Below, one piece after another: positions 56,401 to 64,000 of a stretch of DNA of 64,000 bases; positions within the stretch are counted from its first letter, which is position 1, and every line of letters begins with the position of its first letter. Under the pieces are notes generated by a model. That model worked only from the letters and a program-made list of their open reading frames with translations. It searched no databases and was not told where the DNA came from. The DNA is taken from NCBI GenBank assembly GCA_016235255.1, contig JACRLM010000066.1, forward strand, positions 4,179 through 68,178, given 5' to 3'. Source of the stretch: Nitrospinota bacterium. GTDB taxonomy: Bacteria > Nitrospinota_A > UBA7883 > JACRLM01. The translations under genes and the position numbers were made by a program.

Positions 56401-59400
56401 TGTACGATGTGATGGAGCCGCCGCTTGGGCTTGCGCTGCTGGCCACAAGGCTGAAAAACGAGTTCGGCCCCAAAGTGGAGGTGAAGATAGCCAAGGCCCG
56501 CGCCGATTTCGACAGTTTTGAAGAATTGCGCGCGCTGATGGACGACTTCCGGCCGGACCTGACCGGGGTGCGCTCATTGACCTATTACAGGAGCTTTTTC
56601 CACAAGACGGTGTTCCTTGTCCGTCAATGGGGATATGAAGGCGCCATCATCGCCGGCGGCCCCCATGCGACCAGCGCAACGGCGGACACATTGCGAAATC
56701 CCGGCGTGGCCTTCGCCGCCCTGGGGGAAGGGGAGGAGACGCTGGCGGAGCTTGTGCGTGAAACGATCAATAACAAAGGGCGGCTTCCCGGCAGGGACGT
56801 ATTGGGCCGCGTGGCAGGCGCCGCCATGGCGCGTGATGCGCGGAACGGCGCTGAATATCCTCGAGCCGCGCTTTTTGAAAAGCTGGAAAGGGACTCAGCC
56901 GCGCTCTCCGCCGAAGACATAAACGAGGCGAAAAGCGACGGCCTTGCGTATGTGATCTTTACCTCCGGCTCCACTGGGGAGCCCAAGGGGGTGATGGTGG
57001 AGCACAGGCAACTATGCAACCTGGTCACATGGATCGGCAGTGACATGTATTCAACGCTTCCCAAGCCTGTCAACGAAGCCATGCTTCCGTCGCTTGTGTT
57101 CGACGTGTCGGCCCAGCAGATTTTCGGAGCGCTCTCCACCGGGAACACTCTGCATGTAATAGAGGACGACGTGCGGCTCGACCCTCAAATGTTGCTCGAT
57201 TATCTTCGCGAGAACGAAATCCATGTCGTCAACTTCACTCCGACGCTGTTGCGGCGCGCTCTATCGTCCGCCGGATCGCGGAATCCGGGCTGGGCGCTAA
57301 GGCACGTGATCGTGGGGGCGGAGCCTTTGTGGATGGAGGACGTGGAATCGTTTTACTCCACGCCGGCCAACCGGGGGATCGTCATGCGCAACATGTACGG
57401 CCCAACCGAATGCTGCGTGGACGCCACCAGTTTCGTATTCGGCTTTTCAGCGCCGTTAGAGTGGAATAGCGTGCCCATAGGCAGGCCCATAGGTAACGCC
57501 CGGGCGCTGATTCTCGACGGCGCCGGGCTGCCGGTCCCCGCCGGGGTGGAAGGGGAGCTTTATGTGTCCGGCGCGGGGGTGGCCAGGGGATATGTTAAAG
57601 ATGACGGCGGCGGAAGGTTCATGGCCGATCCGTTCGCGCCGGGCTTGCGCATGTACCGTACCGGCGACATGGCGCGATGGCTGCCGGGCGGGAACATAGA
57701 ATTTCTGGGCCGGATGGACAACCAGGTGAAGGTTCGCGGCCACAGGATAGAACTGGGCGAGATAGAGAACAGGCTGCGATCCCATCCAAGGGTGTCCGGG
57801 GCGGCGGCGATCTTGCGCAAGACGGACGAGGGCGAAAGCGAGCTTGTGGCGTATGTGGCCTCCGGCGACGGGCTGGACGCCGAAGGGCTCCGGGAATATA
57901 TGGGCGGCCACCTGCCCGATTACATGATCCCATCCCATATAGCGCTGGTGGACAAAATCCCGGTGACACCGGGGGGGAAAGTGGACCTGCGCGCGTTGGA
58001 TTCCACAGCGGCGCAAGCGGCCCCCACGAATGGCGAGGATAGCGCCGCCCCCCGGTCGGAGATGGAAAAGACGGTGGCGGCCATATTCGCCAATACCCTC
58101 GGCCAGCCTTCCATGGGGATACATGACAATTATTTTTCGATGGGGGGCGATTCGATTAAGGCCATTCAGATACTGTCGCGGCTGCGGCAGAAAAACCTGA
58201 ACCTCAAGCTTGCCGACCTTTTTTCGAATCCCACCATAGCCGGAGTGGCGCCTTATGTGGTGAGGCTGGACCGCACCGCGCAACAAGGGCTCATCACCGG
58301 GCCGGTCCCGCTCACCCCGATCCAGCGCGCCTTCTTTGAAAGGGACGCCGCGGCGCCTGACCATTTCAACCATTCCATAGCGCTGCGGGCAAAAAAGCCG
58401 CTGGATCCGGCGATCCTGGAAAAAGCCCTTTCGGCCGTGTGGGAGTGGCATGACGCGCTGCGCATGAGGTACAGGCGCGATGGGGAAGAGGTCGTCCAGG
58501 AATGCGCTGGGCTTGAGAACAGGCTGGATTTCTCATTCAAAGACCTGTCCACGTCCCCGGACGGCGACACGGAGGCCATGCGCGCGATGGGCGAGGCGCA
58601 ACAGCGGTTCGACCTGGCCACGGGGCCGCTGGCCAGGTTCATCCTGTTCCGGCTTGCCGGCGGCGAGACGCTTTTCATCACCGTCCACCACCTTATCATT
58701 GACATGGTCTCGTGGAGATTGTTGCTTGAGGACATTTCCACGGCCTACGAGCAAGCGGCGCGGGGCGGCCAGGCGCGCCTGCCGGCCAAGACCGATTCGT
58801 TCCGACAATGGGGCGAGGCCCTTTTGGAATTCGCAAAAAGCCCAAAACTTCTTGCCGAACTTGAAACATGGGCACAGATCGAAAACAGCGAATACGCCGA
58901 GCCCGTTCCGGACTTCCCGGGAGGCGGCAACACCTTCGCCAGCGAACATATTGAAAGTTTCACCCTGCAGGCGCAGATGGGGGAGAAACTGACCGGGGAG
59001 GCCAACAGGGCATATAACACCACGCCCGACGAGCTTGTGCTGGCAGCCCTTGGCCAGGCTTTGGAAAAATGGGGGATGAAAGGCGCCACGTTGATCGATC
59101 TGGAGGGGCACGGCAGGGAGGAGATCTCGCCGGGGCTGGACATAAGCCGTACCGTCGGCTGGTTCACCTCCACGCACCCTTTCACGCTGGGCCTTGACGG
59201 CGCTCCGATGGACGCGCGCATAAAGAGAGTGAAGGAAGCCAGGCGGAAGGTTCCACACAAGGGAATAGGCCACGGGATATTGGGCAGGATCACACCCCGC
59301 GAATTGCTGAGGGGAGCCAGATTCACCCAAAAGCCGGGAATAAGTTTCAATTACCTGGGCTTTATTGGCGGATCGGCCATGGGGCCGCTGTTCGAGCCGT

Positions 59401-59684
59401 CGCCGCTTGCGTCCGGCCGGGATGTAAGCCCGCTCAATCAAAGGGTGGCGGGTCTGGACATAAGCTGCGCGGCGTGGACGGGGGGCTTCACTTTGTCCAT
59501 CCGCTACAGCGGCGAGCAATACCGAAGTGATAATATCAAGCGCCTGCTCGGCCAGATAGAAGAAGGAATCGCCGCGGCCCTTTCCCTCTGCCTTAAAATG
59601 GAGGCCACGGAGCCCACCCCGTCGGACATGACGTACAAGGGGCTTAGCCTTCAGGAGTTCGAGGAGATATTCGCCGATGATTAG
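53484..59684 (+). CDS. NRPS module: C - A (interrupted between A2 and A3 by a ~570-aa radical SAM + B12-binding insertion) - T - E
   Basis: - N-terminus: COM-acceptor-like NIYPLTPTQEGMLFH.
- C: HHHILMDGWS.
- A1: LTYSQLNQRA. A2: LKAGAAYLPLDP at about 55.10 kb.
- Insertion: radical-SAM core STRGCPYLCAYCH (CxxxCxxC) at 55407..55430.
- B12-binding domain: PPLGLALLATRL...GAIIAGGPHATS...ALGEGEETLAEL at about 56.4 to 56.8 kb.
- A3: YVIFTSGSTGEPKG only at about 56.95 kb. A5: NMYGPTECC. A7: YRTGD. A8: GRMDNQVKVRGHRIE.
- T: FSMGGDSIKAIQI.
- E: HHLIIDMVSW.
- C-terminal COM-like tail. Confidence 0.92.
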   Translation: MAIEKSNIKNIYPLTPTQEGMLFHALMETSPEAYFNQIIYTLRGDLDADAFEKSWNEIIKRHDTLRTLFTYRNTDRPLQVVLRERPLRASIHDLIGLPQAQKELAAEEIRRADLAKPFDLEQDILMRLYVIRLEDNLWKVIWSHHHILMDGWSVGNVMKELMAVYLAMKKGTRPALAPPPPYAEYIKWLEKLDKSASGDYWKRYLAGYEKPVTFPRLKRPSGKREIKDFRFSFDETLTSQVERFTRERGVTLGAVTQGAWGALMARYNGVDDVVSASVVSGRPPELEGVESYVGLFINAIPVRSRIGASTSFAGLTESLMRDAADGAAHHYYPLGKIQTAHPLGRNLLDHVTALENYPVQERLNDPALYEDLGFAPVSFEWTERTNYDYDFMAIPGKRLDFHVTYDSNMFDAGQMEAMAGHLENIVRSAAADPLAPLNKMDILAPAERERILFEFGGPASINPPDGTVLNLIEENARKTPDAAALVCAGRRLTYSQLNQRANRIAGRLIKAYGVRPGDIVGVMMEKSERAVVAILAILKAGAAYLPLDPEHPEKRTAGILAQAGAKMLITEQRVAEGMEFDGILDFIMPQTGIVTTPPRSSIQELDSLPYADRSVINYEKYHNFIGQSVAKRAMAIQSTRGCPYLCAYCHKVWPKKHKRRSAENLFGEVKKLHDCGVRRFVFIDDIFNMDRANSARFFEMVIRARLDIQIFFSNGLRGDTLTPDYIDLMVEAGTKSMALALETASPRLQKLMKKNLRLERFKENLDYIAARHPQVILELFTMHGFPTETEEEAMMTLDFIRGIKWIHFPYVFILRIFPDTDMARLAMDNGVSAEAIKASATLGYHELPSILPFPASFSKRYQMTFLNEYFLSRERLISVLPRQMALLSEDELVQKYNSYLPKDIRSFGDFLELAGLSMEDLRGAAFAEDGAKQSAGLNSRLAAAFPSPNPEKGALRVLLLDLSQNFTKDKTLLYDVMEPPLGLALLATRLKNEFGPKVEVKIAKARADFDSFEELRALMDDFRPDLTGVRSLTYYRSFFHKTVFLVRQWGYEGAIIAGGPHATSATADTLRNPGVAFAALGEGEETLAELVRETINNKGRLPGRDVLGRVAGAAMARDARNGAEYPRAALFEKLERDSAALSAEDINEAKSDGLAYVIFTSGSTGEPKGVMVEHRQLCNLVTWIGSDMYSTLPKPVNEAMLPSLVFDVSAQQIFGALSTGNTLHVIEDDVRLDPQMLLDYLRENEIHVVNFTPTLLRRALSSAGSRNPGWALRHVIVGAEPLWMEDVESFYSTPANRGIVMRNMYGPTECCVDATSFVFGFSAPLEWNSVPIGRPIGNARALILDGAGLPVPAGVEGELYVSGAGVARGYVKDDGGGRFMADPFAPGLRMYRTGDMARWLPGGNIEFLGRMDNQVKVRGHRIELGEIENRLRSHPRVSGAAAILRKTDEGESELVAYVASGDGLDAEGLREYMGGHLPDYMIPSHIALVDKIPVTPGGKVDLRALDSTAAQAAPTNGEDSAAPRSEMEKTVAAIFANTLGQPSMGIHDNYFSMGGDSIKAIQILSRLRQKNLNLKLADLFSNPTIAGVAPYVVRLDRTAQQGLITGPVPLTPIQRAFFERDAAAPDHFNHSIALRAKKPLDPAILEKALSAVWEWHDALRMRYRRDGEEVVQECAGLENRLDFSFKDLSTSPDGDTEAMRAMGEAQQRFDLATGPLARFILFRLAGGETLFITVHHLIIDMVSWRLLLEDISTAYEQAARGGQARLPAKTDSFRQWGEALLEFAKSPKLLAELETWAQIENSEYAEPVPDFPGGGNTFASEHIESFTLQAQMGEKLTGEANRAYNTTPDELVLAALGQALEKWGMKGATLIDLEGHGREEISPGLDISRTVGWFTSTHPFTLGLDGAPMDARIKRVKEARRKVPHKGIGHGILGRITPRELLRGARFTQKPGISFNYLGFIGGSAMGPLFEPSPLASGRDVSPLNQRVAGLDISCAAWTGGFTLSIRYSGEQYRSDNIKRLLGQIEEGIAAALSLCLKMEATEPTPSDMTYKGLSLQEFEEIFADD
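55230..56930 (+). other. Radical SAM (CxxxCxxC) + cobalamin-binding domain insertion inside the adenylation domain
   Basis: The 4Fe-4S CxxxCxxC motif is at 55407..55430. It is followed by a partial TIM-barrel-like region (GVRRFVFIDDIF...SMALALETASP) and then a Rossmann-like B12-binding region (IIAGGPHAT...GEGEETL). Confidence 0.8.
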
Positions 59685-62600
59685 CAAGGAAAACCTCAAG
59701 GACATGTATCCGCTCTCCCCCATGCAGGAGGGGATGCTTTATCACGCCGTGGCGGACAGGGATTCGCGCGCGTATTTCGAGCAGATATCGTTCCGGATAA
59801 GCGGAGAGCTGGACATCGGAAAATTCATGGAGGCGTGGACGGAGATATTCCGCCGCCACGATATCCTGCGCACGGCGTTCCTGCTGGAAAAGGCCAGCAG
59901 GCCGCTCCAGATAGTGCTCAAGGAGCGCAAACCCGGCTTTAGCGTGGATGACATAAGCGCCGAGCCCGAGGAGGAAAAGGAAAGGACCGTCATCCGGTTC
60001 CGGGAAGAAGATAAACAGCGCGGATTTGATCTGGCGCGCGATCCGCTGATGAGGTTTCGCGTAATAGTCCTGGGCGGGGGCCGGTTCGAGGTCATATGGA
60101 GCTTAAGCCACATCGTCATGGACGGATGGGGCATATCGCTGGCGCATACGGAATTTTTTGAGATATACACCGCTTTGAAGGAGGGACGCGCCCATACACT
60201 TCCTCCGGCGCCTCCTTATTCGCGCTTTATCCAGTGGCTGGAGGAGCGGGACAAAAGAGCATCGTTGGACTATTGGGAGAAATACCTGGCGGACTATCAG
60301 ACGGCCGTATCAATCCCGAAACTTCCGGGCGCGCCCAACGGGAAAGAGTTTGCGGTGGCGATACACTCTTCCACCCTCGGAGCGGAGCGGGTGCGCAAGG
60401 TCGAGCAGCTTGCCGCGGCGCATGCCGTCACGCCGAACATGGTTTTCCAGGCGGCGTTATCGGTGGCGCTTTGCATGTACAACGGGGTGGACGACGCCGT
60501 TTTCGGATCAGTGGTGTCCGGCAGGCCGCCGGAGCTTCCCGGCGCGGAAAAGACCCTCGGACTTTTCATAAACACCATCCCGGTGCGGGGGAGTGTGGAC
60601 TGGGACAGCGGGTTGGACGTGCTTTTAAAGCGCCTGATGAAAAGCGGCGTGGAGAGCGCCCCGCATCATCACAGTTTCCTGGGGGAGGTGATCGGCCGCT
60701 CCACCCCCGGGCGGGACCTGATCAGTGCCCTGCTTATTTTTGAGAACTATCCGTTGGACGCCTTGACCATGCTCCCGTCCACCGGATTTGATATCATCCG
60801 GACCAAACGCTTTGAAATGACCACGTCGGATTTTAACGTTGTGGTAATTCCGGGCGGTGACATGCGGGTGGATTATCACTACAACCAGAACGTCCACAGC
60901 GCGGCCCAGGTGGAGCGGACGGCGTCGCATCTGGTGAAAATCCTCGATTTTGCGATAGAAGGGGCTTCTCGGCCTCTTTCCATGCTCAAGGTCATGGACG
61001 ATGAGGAGATGAACGCCGTGACTATCGGATTCCAGGGGAAGTCCGCCGCGATCCCGGAAGGCAAGACAGTGGACGCCATGTTCACGGACTCGGCTTTAAA
61101 GCACGGGGACAGGATCGCGGCGATGGATGGCGCTGGCGAGGTGACATATCAAAGGCTCGACCGCATGGCCAACGGCGTGGCGCGGGCGCTCATTGAAAAA
61201 GCTTCGGTGGGCAAGGGGGACGTGGTGGCGGCGGTGGTGCACAGGTCGCGCTGGCTTGCCGCTTCGTTCATGGGCATATTGAAGGCCGGCGGGTTGTACC
61301 TTCCTTGCGATCCTGATCTGCCCGCCGAAAGGATACGATTCATGATGCGCGATTCAGCCTGCAAGGCTGTGATCGTGGATGACGCAGGCGTCGCCGCGCA
61401 ACTGGCCGATGGCGGCGTTCCGGTCATAATGACGGACGACATAAAAGAAAGCCCGGCCCAATCCGCCGCCGCCGCCGATCCGGAAGAGCCGGCCTATCTT
61501 ATATACACATCCGGTTCCACTGGTGTCCCCAAAGGTGCGCTCATCAGCCACCGGGCCGCCATCAACCTGAGCATGTGGCACAACCGGTTCTACAAAGTGG
61601 ACGAAAACAGCAGGGGCACGTTGCACGCCTCACCTTCGTTCGACGCCTCCGTATGGGAGACGTTGCCGTACCTGTTCGCAGGCGCCAGCCTTTGCGCCGT
61701 GGAAGGGGAGACGCGCACCGATATGGCTAAACTGGCCTCATTTTATCAGGACAAACGTATCACGCACAGCTTTCTGCCCCCAGCCCTGCTCACGCAGTTT
61801 CTGGAGGAGAACGGCGGCTCCCTCGCGGGCAAAATAACGATAGTCACCGGAGGCGAGACGCTAAAGCGCGCGGGCGACGGTTCCGTCCTGGTGGCGAACA
61901 ATTATGGGCCGACCGAATGCGCCGTGGCGGCCACCGCCGTTTGCCTGGACGAGCCGCGCCTTCGCGAATGCATCCCAATCGGCCGCCCGATAGACAACGT
62001 GAAAGTTTATATTCTGGACAGCCGCATGCGACCCGTTCCCATCGGCGCCATCGGCGAGATTTATATAGGCGGCGCCGGAGTGGGGAATGGATACGTAAAC
62101 CGGCCCGAGCTCACGGCGGCGGCGTTTGCGCCAGGCCCTTTTGAAAACGGCGCGAAACTTTACAGGACGGGGGACATGGCCCGGTGGCGCGACGACGGGC
62201 TTATTGATTTTACCGGCAGGCGGGACGGCCAGGTGAAAATACGCGGTAACAGGGTTGAGACAGGCGAGATTGAAAAGCTTCTTGAGGGGCACGCGACGGT
62301 CACCTCGGCGGCGGTGGTGGCCAGGGACGATGGCGCGGGGTCGAAGGAACTGGCGGCGTTCTATGTTTCCGGCAAAGAGGAGGATGTGGCGGACCTGCGG
62401 GCGCATCTTGCGTCCAGAGTCCCGGAATACATGATTCCTTCCATGTTCATCAGGATGGAAAAGCTGCCGCTGGCATCCAGTGGAAAAGTGGACCGGAGCG
62501 CCCTGGAGGCCGCCGCCATTGCCGCCGCGCGTCCTCAAAAACAGGGAGGGGCCCCCAGAAATCCCGCGGAAACACGGATGCTGGAAATCTGGGCGGGGGT

Positions 62601-62856
62601 TATGGGTGTGAAGGGGGCTGGAATATTTGACAATTTCTTCGACCTGGGTGGCCACTCCATAAAAGCGGCGCAACTGGCCTCGCGCATTCGCAAGGAGTTC
62701 GGCGTGGAGATGCCCCCCAATTCCATATTCGAAAATCCGACGGTGGAGAGTATCTGCCAGGCCATGGAAACGGTGAAACAGGCGGCTCCCGGCAATGGTG
62801 GACAGATGATTGGCAAAGCCCCGCGCGGCCGCAAGCCGGCCGTGATGGACAGTTGA
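59677..62856 (+). CDS. NRPS module C - A - T (C domain follows an E-domain protein; COM-acceptor-like N-terminus)
   Basis: - N-terminus: MISKENLKDMYPLSPMQEGMLYH, compare the TycB COM-acceptor.
- C: SHIVMDGWG.
- A: YTSGSTGVPKG, NNYGPTECAV, YRTGD, GRRDGQVKIRGNRVE.
- T: FFDLGGHSIKAAQL. Confidence 0.93.
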   Translation: MISKENLKDMYPLSPMQEGMLYHAVADRDSRAYFEQISFRISGELDIGKFMEAWTEIFRRHDILRTAFLLEKASRPLQIVLKERKPGFSVDDISAEPEEEKERTVIRFREEDKQRGFDLARDPLMRFRVIVLGGGRFEVIWSLSHIVMDGWGISLAHTEFFEIYTALKEGRAHTLPPAPPYSRFIQWLEERDKRASLDYWEKYLADYQTAVSIPKLPGAPNGKEFAVAIHSSTLGAERVRKVEQLAAAHAVTPNMVFQAALSVALCMYNGVDDAVFGSVVSGRPPELPGAEKTLGLFINTIPVRGSVDWDSGLDVLLKRLMKSGVESAPHHHSFLGEVIGRSTPGRDLISALLIFENYPLDALTMLPSTGFDIIRTKRFEMTTSDFNVVVIPGGDMRVDYHYNQNVHSAAQVERTASHLVKILDFAIEGASRPLSMLKVMDDEEMNAVTIGFQGKSAAIPEGKTVDAMFTDSALKHGDRIAAMDGAGEVTYQRLDRMANGVARALIEKASVGKGDVVAAVVHRSRWLAASFMGILKAGGLYLPCDPDLPAERIRFMMRDSACKAVIVDDAGVAAQLADGGVPVIMTDDIKESPAQSAAAADPEEPAYLIYTSGSTGVPKGALISHRAAINLSMWHNRFYKVDENSRGTLHASPSFDASVWETLPYLFAGASLCAVEGETRTDMAKLASFYQDKRITHSFLPPALLTQFLEENGGSLAGKITIVTGGETLKRAGDGSVLVANNYGPTECAVAATAVCLDEPRLRECIPIGRPIDNVKVYILDSRMRPVPIGAIGEIYIGGAGVGNGYVNRPELTAAAFAPGPFENGAKLYRTGDMARWRDDGLIDFTGRRDGQVKIRGNRVETGEIEKLLEGHATVTSAAVVARDDGAGSKELAAFYVSGKEEDVADLRAHLASRVPEYMIPSMFIRMEKLPLASSGKVDRSALEAAAIAAARPQKQGGAPRNPAETRMLEIWAGVMGVKGAGIFDNFFDLGGHSIKAAQLASRIRKEFGVEMPPNSIFENPTVESICQAMETVKQAAPGNGGQMIGKAPRGRKPAVMDS

Positions 62857-62906
62857 CCGGCGGCGGTGAAAGTTATCAAAAAAAACAATCGAAGCACAGG
62901 ATGACG

Positions 62907-64000
62907 ATGAGCGAAGAGACGGTTGAAACATTCGTGTTTCCCATGTCCTATTCCCAAAGGAGGCTGTGGTTCCTCGAACAGATGGAGCCGGGCTCGGCGG
63001 CCTACCATATTCCGGCCGCCCTTTTAATGGAAGGAAAGCTGGACACAGCAGCGTTGGAAAAGAGTCTCAAGGCGATCGTGGAGCGCCATGAACCTTTGCG
63101 CACCACTTTCAAAATGGTGGAAGGGGAACCGTGCCAGGTGATCGGCTCCAAAGCGGACGTTTCCATTTCAATCATGGACGCGGCGCAGTGGCCTGAGGGG
63201 GAGAGGATGGACATTATACGCCGCCTGGTCGCCGAAAAGTCCGCCCGTCCGTTCGACCTTGCCGCCGGGCCGCTTCTGCGGGTCACCCTGATAAAGGCAG
63301 GCGAAAACAAAAGTGTGCTGGCCCTGGTTATGCATCATATCATTTCCGACGGGTGGTCCATGGGGGTGTTGATAAAGGAGTTTTCGGAGAATTATTCCGC
63401 CTTCGTCTCCGGTCAGGAGCCGCAAACGCCGGAGCTTGCCATCCAGTACGCCGATTACTCCGAGTGGCAGCGTGGAATGCTTGAGGGGGATGCATGGGCC
63501 GGCATGCTCGAATACTGGAAAAACACGCTCCACGGCGCGCCGCCGTTTCTGGACTTGCCCGCGGACAGGCAACGCTCTCCACTCAAGACATACAACGGCG
63601 CCATGGAGAGGTTTAACATCGGAGCCGGGACTTTCAGCAAGCTCGACACCCTTTGCCGGGGGAATTCGGCCTCGCTATTCATGTGTTTGTTCGCGGCCTT
63701 TTCCGCTCTTGTGTCCAGGTACACGCAAAAGGAGGACATGGTCCTGGCCACACTTCTGGCCAACAGGAACAGGGAAGAGCTTGAGCCGATAATCGGTTTT
63801 TTCGTGAACACGCTTCCACTGCGGCTGGACATGTCCGGCGATCCATCTTTCCAGCAATTGCTGGAGAAGGCCCGCCGCGTGTGCATGGACGCGTTCGCCC
63901 ATCAGGACGCCCCGTTTGACAAGCTTGTCGAATCGCTCAATCCCGAGCGCAATCTTGGCCATACGCCCATAGTCAACGTGATGATGACACTGCAGAATAC
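62907..64000 (+). CDS. NRPS condensation domain, 5' part of a further module (runs off the window end)
   Basis: SD AGGA lies 6 nt upstream of the ATG at 62907. MSYSQRRLWFLEQMEPGSAAYHIPAALLMEG and HHIISDGWS are C-domain C1 and C3 motifs. No stop before nt 64000. Absent from the ORF track because the frame is open-ended. Confidence 0.9.
   Translation, partial: MSEETVETFVFPMSYSQRRLWFLEQMEPGSAAYHIPAALLMEGKLDTAALEKSLKAIVERHEPLRTTFKMVEGEPCQVIGSKADVSISIMDAAQWPEGERMDIIRRLVAEKSARPFDLAAGPLLRVTLIKAGENKSVLALVMHHIISDGWSMGVLIKEFSENYSAFVSGQEPQTPELAIQYADYSEWQRGMLEGDAWAGMLEYWKNTLHGAPPFLDLPADRQRSPLKTYNGAMERFNIGAGTFSKLDTLCRGNSASLFMCLFAAFSALVSRYTQKEDMVLATLLANRNREELEPIIGFFVNTLPLRLDMSGDPSFQQLLEKARRVCMDAFAHQDAPFDKLVESLNPERNLGHTPIVNVMMTLQN

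Overview
This high-GC (~62%) bacterial chromosomal window contains housekeeping genes on the left and a large lipo-polyketide/non-ribosomal peptide biosynthetic gene cluster on the right. The organism is not identified.

Left part, 1 to about 21 kb, in order:
- rpoB 3' end and rpoC.
- A ClC-type chloride channel with tandem CBS domains.
- A small CxxCH haem-binding protein.
- A minus-strand run of GT9 heptosyltransferase, LpxL-like acyltransferase, hisH and hisB.
- An SspB-like ClpX adaptor, convergent with dsbD.
- A four-gene envelope glycan-modification operon: polyprenol-phosphate GT2, GNAT, PIG-L deacetylase and a large polytopic membrane protein.
- tRNA-Arg(UCU).

From about 21.9 kb, an accessory block precedes the cluster:
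- A SyrD/PvdE-type cyclic-peptide ABC exporter.
- An SPFH/prohibitin protein.
- A lone lipoprotein Leu/Ile/Val-type substrate-binding protein.
- A small membrane protein.
- A divergently transcribed Sfp-type phosphopantetheinyl transferase.

From about 26.7 kb to the window end is a translationally coupled operon of more than 37 kb, with eight giant genes so far and no thioesterase seen. The assembly line reads, in gene order:
- FAAL-ACP-KS(no AT)-DH-ACP-C-A-T
- KS-AT-KR-ACP
- TubC-type dock, then C-A-T
- KS-AT-KR-ACP with a methyltransferase embedded in the KR
- TubC-type dock, then C-A-T-E
- C-A-T-E in which the A domain carries a ~570-aa radical-SAM + B12-binding insertion between motifs A2 and A3
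- C-A-T
- C... (truncated by the window end)

The A domain interrupted by a permuted B12-binding radical SAM domain is the most unusual element. No CRISPR arrays, transposases or integrases were seen. Most of the six-frame ORF calls are antisense or alternate-frame artefacts of high GC.
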